From positions 62,001 through 126,000 of the IMG/VR virus record IMGVR_UViG_3300023184_000025: a stretch of DNA of 64,000 nt; one strand, written 5' to 3'. Positions 57,351 to 64,000 of the stretch are shown one piece after another (positions within the stretch are counted from its first letter, which is position 1; every line of letters begins with the position of its first letter). The notes beneath the pieces are model-generated. The model made no database searches. It saw nothing but the letters and a program-made list of their open reading frames with translations, and was not told the origin of the DNA. A program made the position numbers and the translations under genes.

Positions 57351-58779
57351 TTTGTCCTAGCAATTGCTTTAATTTAGCACTTTGAACATCAGCTGACACC
57401 TTCGGTGGTTGTTCCCATGCTGGTGTTCCTGTAGGCTTTTCCCATTTGGTTGACGTTGGAGTTACAGTTGTGTTGTCAGTCACATTACTTTTTGTTTTGA
57501 TTGAGTCCATAATGTTAAACTTAGGACCTCCTCGAAAATTATCATTATCTGCAATGCCTGGATCAGTAATACGCATAGTTTCAATGTTGTATTCCAAATC
57601 AATCTTTTGTCCTACACCTGTTGAACTCCGACTCTTCATGCACTGGATTTGATACTTGCCACGCTCTTTCATAGCGCGACTTGTAAAGATACCAAACACG
57701 TTGTCAGCTGTATTAATTTTAGAAATACCACCTGAAATATGACTGTGGTCAAATTCAATTTCTTCCACAGCTGATCGATTCAACTGCGATGCTGTAACCA
57801 TTAACATGCCAAGTTCCTTGGCCAAGTTACGTAATTCCTCACTCACATACTTGTCTTTTACAAACAAGTCATTGGGGCTAACCTTGGCACTTACCGGCAT
57901 CAACAAGTCCAAATAGTCAATCATCATAAAGTCTACTTTGATTCCTGTCTGGATCTGTACTTCTTTAACATAACTCCTAATGTCATTAATGTTGCTTTGT
58001 GCTGGCAATGCCTTGACTCGATATTGTCCAGATTTTTTACTGACCAGTCGAACCTTCAGAGTAGTAGTATCAATGTCTTTGCGGATGTCTTTGGTACTCA
58101 TGCTGGTTAGCATAGCATCTGTGCGCAAACTAGTGAGCTCTTCACTAAGTTCCAGTGTAATGTACACTCCACTGAGTCCTTGTTGTAACCAGTTAAGCGC
58201 AATGTTCATCATGACCAAACTCTTGCCTGATCCTGATCCGCCTGCAAAGATGTTGAGTTCGCCCCTGCTAAATCCACCATACAACAACTTATCCAGTTGC
58301 GGCCAACCTGTTGATACTTGCCCACCCGAGTTAAAGTATTTGTTGATACGTGCCGCAGGATCAGCAAAGTAATCTGTGCCCATGTCTTTGGTGAGAGAGA
58401 TTTGCACAGCGTCTTTGATCAGTTTTTCTACAGGTTCAAAATCGCCTTTTTCCAACAGGTCTGCACTTTTAAGAATAGCACGTTCAAGTTCCTGACGCTT
58501 GGTAAACGATTCAAACTCTCCCATAAACCAATCAAAGTGTCCTCCGTTTAAATCTGGTACGGATGCAAGTTTGATTCCTGTGGTGGCACTGATCTGTGTC
58601 CTGTCAGGCATAGTTTTGTGTTTGTCGGTGTGTTCTTTAATGAACTCGGCTGCCGGTCTTAAACTACGATCAAAGTTTTGCGGATTGTAAATATTTTGAA
58701 CACGCACATAACTACTTGCGTCCTCAAGCATCATTTCTAAGAATAATCGTTGAACATCAACACTATAGTTAGTAAGCAT
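57337..58779 (-). CDS. DnaB/gp41-like replicative helicase
   Basis: GGSGSGKS, IDYLDL, TASQLNR motifs. Confidence 0.92.
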   Translation of the reverse strand: MLTNYSVDVQRLFLEMMLEDASSYVRVQNIYNPQNFDRSLRPAAEFIKEHTDKHKTMPDRTQISATTGIKLASVPDLNGGHFDWFMGEFESFTKRQELERAILKSADLLEKGDFEPVEKLIKDAVQISLTKDMGTDYFADPAARINKYFNSGGQVSTGWPQLDKLLYGGFSRGELNIFAGGSGSGKSLVMMNIALNWLQQGLSGVYITLELSEELTSLRTDAMLTSMSTKDIRKDIDTTTLKVRLVSKKSGQYRVKALPAQSNINDIRSYVKEVQIQTGIKVDFMMIDYLDLLMPVSAKVSPNDLFVKDKYVSEELRNLAKELGMLMVTASQLNRSAVEEIEFDHSHISGGISKINTADNVFGIFTSRAMKERGKYQIQCMKSRSSTGVGQKIDLEYNIETMRITDPGIADNDNFRGGPKFNIMDSIKTKSNVTDNTTVTPTSTKWEKPTGTPAWEQPPKVSADVQSAKLKQLLGQIKTG

Positions 58780-58782
58780 AAT

Positions 58783-59847
58783 TTAAATAATCTCTAAAAT
58801 TGTTTTTCCAAATTCTGCTAAATTGTTTGCCTGTCGTTGTCGATCAAAAAATAATTTTTGATTGTGTTGGCAAATGTCATCAATTTCATTTGTATGGGTT
58901 TTACTACTATCAACCAATTGTTTAATTGCCTGAACAACTTTTTGCATTCGTAAATCTAGGTTTTTTTCTGAATCATACGATTCGTCACAGAAATTTGCAA
59001 ATGTTTTAAATCCCTGGGTTTTTAATTTAGCTAGAATATTTGTATCTCCTAAAATAACAAACGGGCGGCGGTGCGCTAATATTTTAAATGTTTTTTCTGT
59101 ACAATATGGCTCCGTTATGTCTCTAACAGTGGTTTCCAATGCCACATTAACTTTGGCAATTGCATGCATTTTTTTGTGAGGCAAATGATCTAGAGATCTG
59201 CTCATATTGGTATCATAGAAACTAGGATAACATGTATGTAAAGAATACTTTTCTAAATTTACTTTATTAAAGTAAACTTCAATTCCCAATTGCTGAAATC
59301 TAAGATCAGTTTCTAAAATATCTTGCAAATTGTCTGTGACTATGGTTAAATTGTCTCGAAGCTGATCAAACAGTTTCATGAATTGTATTCTATGTGGCCT
59401 AGGACTACCAAATGGTATTACCACATCATATATTGCATTACCCAACGGTTCTCTGTTTATTTCGTAGTATAGTGTAGTGTTGGTAAACTCATTGAATATA
59501 TGGTGGTCCCAATAGTCAAACCCAACAGTTGTATAATTTTTAAAATTATTCAAATGTTTATGACCAGTTATCAATAGTGCATTTGGAGGGAACCATTCAT
59601 CAGATGTCCAATAGTCATGATGGCCTTCAAATACACAACCATAGTTATCAACTTCAGAATCTAGGAATCCTTTCCAATCTTTAATTACAAAATTTTTTTC
59701 AAAGTTTCCAAACTCAAGTTTGTCAAACTGATTTTGTTGACTATAGTAAGCACTAATTCCTGCATACACCCAAGATTGTGTATAAAATGGAGCATGCTGG
59801 GGGAGATCTTTTTTTAGTATTTCTAAAGATGTAAATTTATTTTTCAT
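58783..59847 (-). CDS. Putative glycosyltransferase-like protein
   Basis: RPHR, VALET, TEKTFK...PFV, GFKTF motifs. Confidence 0.55.
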   Translation of the reverse strand: MKNKFTSLEILKKDLPQHAPFYTQSWVYAGISAYYSQQNQFDKLEFGNFEKNFVIKDWKGFLDSEVDNYGCVFEGHHDYWTSDEWFPPNALLITGHKHLNNFKNYTTVGFDYWDHHIFNEFTNTTLYYEINREPLGNAIYDVVIPFGSPRPHRIQFMKLFDQLRDNLTIVTDNLQDILETDLRFQQLGIEVYFNKVNLEKYSLHTCYPSFYDTNMSRSLDHLPHKKMHAIAKVNVALETTVRDITEPYCTEKTFKILAHRRPFVILGDTNILAKLKTQGFKTFANFCDESYDSEKNLDLRMQKVVQAIKQLVDSSKTHTNEIDDICQHNQKLFFDRQRQANNLAEFGKTILEII

Positions 59848-60830
59848 GATAATTTTTTGACAAGTTGTTTTTTCTTCATTTCTATTTTGATTTTACTAGT
59901 TTCTCTATTTGCAAATATACTTTGCAATGTTGCTAGCTTGCCAAATTTAATTACAGCATCATTGACATCTTTAACGTCACTGGGCCAACTAGGAATACTT
60001 ACTGCCCATCCCAGTTCTACTGCACGATCAATTAATTCAACACCAGCTTTGTCCATATCGGGCACCACAGTGATTTCTTTGCCCAGGCTACGTATTAATC
60101 TAGCTTGACTATCGCTTACAGTATTATGCATTAGTGCAATACCGCCAATGCTTAGTGCATCAAATATACCTTCCATTACTAAAACATGCTGCCAGTTGTT
60201 GTGCTGTAAGTCAGTGCCAAATACGTAGCCTGGTTGTGAGTGATTAATATATTTAGGAATTTTGTTATCTAAGAATCTAGCACACCAGCCTATGATCTTG
60301 CCGTCATATGTGAATGGCACAGTGACATGCAGTCTGGTCCAGTGTATACTGTCGTTTTTGACAGCAGTCATGATTGGATAGTCTTCAGGAACACATCGTT
60401 GCCTTAGGTAATTCCAGTAGTACTGATGTTCGGGCGTGACTTGTTCAGTGTATGGTGGAAAGTCATCTGACTCGTCAAACTCAATTGCACTTACGGCATT
60501 GGATACCCGTTGTCTATCTTCCAAGATGCCGTGTATGTTGCGATGTCTTAGGCTTTCAAGATTGAGCATTTCAATTTCGTTGTCGGGTACACCCATCCAT
60601 CCCATAAGTCGTTTAGCTTTAAAGCTAACTGTGCGACCTAACACAAAACTGGCTGTGTAGGAACAGTTGAAACAGTGATAACTCCAACCTTGTTCAGTTA
60701 TCTTGATGCCCCCACGCCCACGGCGGTCCGCACTATTACCATTATGGGTACAACACACAGCATTAAAACTGGTCCAGCCCTGTGGGCTAGATTTTTTCTT
60801 AACAGGTAGATAATTGATTATGTCTATCAC
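59844..60830 (-). CDS. DNA primase (zinc-binding + TOPRIM)
   Basis: CC..H / HCFNC, EGIFDA, PDMDKAG, KDVND motifs. Confidence 0.9.
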   Translation of the reverse strand: MIDIINYLPVKKKSSPQGWTSFNAVCCTHNGNSADRRGRGGIKITEQGWSYHCFNCSYTASFVLGRTVSFKAKRLMGWMGVPDNEIEMLNLESLRHRNIHGILEDRQRVSNAVSAIEFDESDDFPPYTEQVTPEHQYYWNYLRQRCVPEDYPIMTAVKNDSIHWTRLHVTVPFTYDGKIIGWCARFLDNKIPKYINHSQPGYVFGTDLQHNNWQHVLVMEGIFDALSIGGIALMHNTVSDSQARLIRSLGKEITVVPDMDKAGVELIDRAVELGWAVSIPSWPSDVKDVNDAVIKFGKLATLQSIFANRETSKIKIEMKKKQLVKKLS

Positions 60831-61564
60831 TTAGACATTATAACACGATCTATCTCTTGTTGCAACATGTTTTGTAGTATTATATGTCCGTTTTCATTGG
60901 GGTGTCCGCCCGGAAACGTTAATTCCATTTCGTTTGGATGTTGGCGTAGCCAATGTACAAAATTAAATCCTGGCAATATTTTGGAAGGAACTGTGATTTC
61001 TTCTTGTGGCGGGCTTATGTCCCAGATCAACATTGGTAGATTTCTTCTAGCTGCCACACCATCAAAAAAGTACAACGCTTGTTCGTAGTTCAGCATTGAC
61101 AATGGGTCACTTTCACTCAGTACCATGTATCGTTTAATCATATCGGTCCATTCGCGAGTCACAGCACCGTCTTGGACTCCAGCATGTACCCACGAACTGT
61201 GAACAAATCTATCCCACGTGGGAGCATTAGGGTAAGTTTCATGATTAGGGTTATAAAAACTCATTCGACTACCTTCGGTTAATCCTACTAGAACAATACA
61301 TTCTTCAGGTCTAGGTTCGTTGCGTAACCACCACAAAAAAGTCCACATAGTGCTCTGTAAACTGCCACCAGGTATGCCAAAGTTTTTTGTGGGCAATTGA
61401 TAATGTCTACCAAGTAATCCCAGGAAGCATTTTCGTTCACGATAAGACGTATTCTCTACTAGACTTGGATGTGCATCAGGATTGTGTTTTAACAACTCTG
61501 GGTCAATTAACTCGTCGCCCCAGAACCAACTGTCTCCAAACCCAACAATTTTTTTAAATTTCAT
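60827..61564 (-). CDS. SGNH/GDSL hydrolase-like protein
   Basis: FGDSW, NFGIPGGS, GHPNENGH motifs. Confidence 0.7.
   Translation of the reverse strand: MKFKKIVGFGDSWFWGDELIDPELLKHNPDAHPSLVENTSYRERKCFLGLLGRHYQLPTKNFGIPGGSLQSTMWTFLWWLRNEPRPEECIVLVGLTEGSRMSFYNPNHETYPNAPTWDRFVHSSWVHAGVQDGAVTREWTDMIKRYMVLSESDPLSMLNYEQALYFFDGVAARRNLPMLIWDISPPQEEITVPSKILPGFNFVHWLRQHPNEMELTFPGGHPNENGHIILQNMLQQEIDRVIMSK
60837..60865 (-). promoter_or_regulatory. Sigma70 promoter TTGCAA-N17-TATAAT inside the upstream gene
   Basis: GTG of primase 6 nt after the -10. Confidence 0.6.
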
Positions 61565-62352
61565 CGGTACTGTATTAAATCAATGTTTCCGTCAGATATA
61601 CCAAATGATAATCTTAGATAAGGATGATACCCCTCAACGTTGATGCCTAATCTTTCAACTGCATGAATAAAGTTTATTTCTGACACAGTATTACTTGTTT
61701 TTAAATCTTCAAAGTCTACATCGTACCATTCAACAGTATTGGCTGTGGCATCTGACGATCCTTGTACTTGAAGTGTGCCAGTAAAGTCCACTGGATCAAT
61801 TTGGAATGTAGTAATACGTGTACCATTTGTGGTAATTGTACTGGTGTAATGGATAGAGCTGTCAGGGGCTTGGCTTGGGATAGTTAATTCTTGGCTGGCA
61901 ACAAAAGCTGGAAATACGCTGTCTACAATATCAATATTCCCACGAGCGCCTGCATAGTCGTCTGTGAATACTGCTTGATTTAAAACGCCGGACGTAATTT
62001 CTAAACTCCAACTAGCGGGCTGTGCTTGAAAATATGTTGTCTCTTCGGCAGTGACAGTTACTTTAGCTCTACCTGTTGGTGCATTAAGTGTTACAAGCTC
62101 TTTGGCATATAACAAATTTTCTCCGTCTTGACTAATCATACGAAACGTAAACGTTGCGCCTGTGATGTTTACAGGTTTTTGGTCCTGGTTTAGAAATTGG
62201 AATAAAATAACATTATCCACTCCTAAATTTAATTTTAAGTCTTTTGCGTACACTGGTTGCCACCTTCTATCAAAAGTTGAGCCAATGCCTGACGTGTCAA
62301 TCAGAATTACCTGTTGGATTTGCTGATATAAATAGGCAGTGGTTGAATACAT
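61561..62352 (-). CDS. Putative virion structural protein (BppU-like beta domain)
   Basis: TAAATA 62369-62374; F.NQDQKPVNITG motif. Confidence 0.55.
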   Translation of the reverse strand: MYSTTAYLYQQIQQVILIDTSGIGSTFDRRWQPVYAKDLKLNLGVDNVILFQFLNQDQKPVNITGATFTFRMISQDGENLLYAKELVTLNAPTGRAKVTVTAEETTYFQAQPASWSLEITSGVLNQAVFTDDYAGARGNIDIVDSVFPAFVASQELTIPSQAPDSSIHYTSTITTNGTRITTFQIDPVDFTGTLQVQGSSDATANTVEWYDVDFEDLKTSNTVSEINFIHAVERLGINVEGYHPYLRLSFGISDGNIDLIQYR

Positions 62353-62373
62353 TTGGATCTCCAACTAATATTT

Positions 62374-62751
62374 ATGGGTGATAATATCTTTACAAAATTG
62401 ACTAAAAAGTATCCGTTTATAACTCTGTGTTTATATGCAGGGATAGAATACGTAGGAATTATACAAAATCAAGATGACGCAATTACAACAATCTACGACT
62501 TTGGTGATGTTTCTGACCCTGAACTAAAAAAGCTGTTTATTGAGCTGGCCAATGATTGGTGGTGGGAAAGTAACCATAGTATACCTATAAACATATACTT
62601 AAAAGCAGAGTGGGCTCCATTTAAGCCATATTTAAGAACTTTTGCCAACAAAGACCTTGAAATATTACACGGACCTGTTTGCAGTTTAAGTGACATCTCT
62701 CGACGAAAAAGTAAACGTAAATCAATTACATTAGTCAGGAAGATTGACTAA
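62374..62751 (+). CDS. Hypothetical protein (WWWESN motif)
   Basis: TATAAATA at 62327-62334. Confidence 0.7.
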   Translation: MGDNIFTKLTKKYPFITLCLYAGIEYVGIIQNQDDAITTIYDFGDVSDPELKKLFIELANDWWWESNHSIPINIYLKAEWAPFKPYLRTFANKDLEILHGPVCSLSDISRRKSKRKSITLVRKID

Positions 62752-63331
62752 TTTTTTCAAATTGATCTGCTTCGTTTAACAAATTCATGTGCAGGGCCAC
62801 TAACACAGCATAGCTAATTGCATGTGATTTTTTAAATGTATATCCACGACTATCATCACCGTTCCAAACATCAGCAAAGACGGTGTTCCAATCTTTATTT
62901 TGTAAGTGTGCTTTTCCTGGCCTAATAATACTGATAAACGCAGCCATCCTAGTTATTGAATCTGGTTGCATTGACTTTAACAATTCTGTATAGTTTCCAA
63001 CGTGTACCAACCGAGAAGCCCAGGCGTTATCTGTCCATAGTCTTGTCCATGTGGGTGTGGTTTTGATCATTTGATCATAGTGTTCAGGATTTTTAACCAA
63101 CTGATAAACGCTCATGTTTAAAAAGTCTATCTTAAAATATCCACGTTGTTCGGCTTCTTCGTAGTTTATAGCCGCACACTGATTCACTGGATCAAATGGA
63201 ATATCAGTAACGTAAACACCACTGTTGTGTCGACGCACTTGTTCATTAATTGACTGTCGTGCAGGAATATGCTGTATTAATTTTAATACTGTTTCTCTGT
63301 CAGCAAAATCAATATCAATATCTGCGCTCAT
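62735..63331 (-). CDS. Miniature DNA polymerase III alpha (DnaE)-like catalytic fragment
   Basis: DIDIDF, HNSGV, KIDFL, IRPG, GYTFKKSHAISY motifs. Confidence 0.8.
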   Translation of the reverse strand: MSADIDIDFADRETVLKLIQHIPARQSINEQVRRHNSGVYVTDIPFDPVNQCAAINYEEAEQRGYFKIDFLNMSVYQLVKNPEHYDQMIKTTPTWTRLWTDNAWASRLVHVGNYTELLKSMQPDSITRMAAFISIIRPGKAHLQNKDWNTVFADVWNGDDSRGYTFKKSHAISYAVLVALHMNLLNEADQFEKISQSS

Positions 63332-63999
63332 TACCATCCTGCCTTTGCTAAAATATCCTTAGCATACTCTTGATCTGCCATGTAATCTTTAAATTTTTGT
63401 TGCCAAACATCTGCGTCAATGTATGGCCATATCATTGCAATTTGATTTTCATCTAAGCTGTTTAGGAACTCCTGGCCACTGTCACAGTTGTAAATTATCC
63501 AAGGACTAATCTTGCCAGTGGTAATTGCATGACAGATTATATTGATGTTACCGTATCTAAGATAATCCTTTGATGCATGACCATTCTTCTCTTCCCAGTC
63601 AATACTATGTTCAATGGACCTGGCCAAAGCATCATTGACGGACTCAATTTTAAGATACCACAACAGATACTCTGTGTAGATAGTATCTTTACACCAATAA
63701 TCAAGTTTTTTATTTTGTTTGACCACCCATTCAGTAAACCTAGCTGGATTAATTGCTCGAATATCCACACAGTATCTACCAAACTTGGCAAATGCTCGAT
63801 AATACGAACTGTTGGCAAAGTCATCAAATGTTTTTAATTTGGCCGACCCTTGTGTGACTTCATAGAATTTTAAATATGCTTGGAACCCAAGCTGGACTCC
63901 GCGTTCATTCTGATCTTGTCTGCGCTTCTTTTGTTCACAGACGTGTACTGCTAAACTATTTTCTCTAGAAAAGTCTTTTTTACAATACTGGCACTGGTA
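63331..63999 (-). CDS. Zinc-finger protein, 5' end outside the window
   Basis: Frame open to the window edge: YQCQYCKKDFSRENSLAVHVCE. Confidence 0.7.
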   Translation of the reverse strand, partial: YQCQYCKKDFSRENSLAVHVCEQKKRRQDQNERGVQLGFQAYLKFYEVTQGSAKLKTFDDFANSSYYRAFAKFGRYCVDIRAINPARFTEWVVKQNKKLDYWCKDTIYTEYLLWYLKIESVNDALARSIEHSIDWEEKNGHASKDYLRYGNINIICHAITTGKISPWIIYNCDSGQEFLNSLDENQIAMIWPYIDADVWQQKFKDYMADQEYAKDILAKAGW

Positions 64000-64000
64000 T

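Noticed and set aside
1-64000. Stop-codon reassignment
   Set aside because: Core genes are full length in code 11 and TAA, TGA and TAG all act as stops.

Overview
A 64-kb segment of a large, AT-rich lytic tailed-phage genome (jumbo/T4-superfamily-like myovirus). The genetic code is standard and most genes lie on the minus strand. The Isc, desaturase and regulator-box content suggests a proteobacterial, probably betaproteobacterial, host (inference). Core functions include DnaB/gp41-like helicase, primase, a miniature DnaE-like polymerase piece, ATP-dependent ligase, NrdAB with glutaredoxin, UvsE, a PD-(D/E)xK exonuclease, PAAR, and tail and head-associated proteins. Auxiliary functions include ClpP/ClpX/ClpS/Hsp20, IscU/IscA, two radical-SAM proteins, three amidinotransferases, a nucleotide-sugar dehydrogenase, several glycosyltransferase-like proteins, a PlcP-like phosphoesterase with GT2 and desaturase, and a phasin-like protein. 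The best candidate for a new system is a late-promoter operon at 11764-15252. It encodes a periplasmic amino-acid-binding protein, a DAACS symporter with altered ion-coupling motifs, a protein resembling T4 holin T (TM plus periplasmic GAF-like domain), an unannotated 21-aa TM peptide and an Asp/Glu racemase, and may couple D-amino-acid sensing to lysis timing. Regulatory signals visible in the sequence are repeated sigma70 and TAAATA promoters that often give leaderless mRNAs, Pho boxes, PhaR-like boxes, an ECF-type promoter pair and two ROSE-like thermometers. There is also a chimeric ORF at a duplication junction and a probable bS21 vestige. No tRNA, rRNA, CRISPR array, intein or mobile element was recognised. 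All family assignments come from motif recognition by eye, not from database searches.
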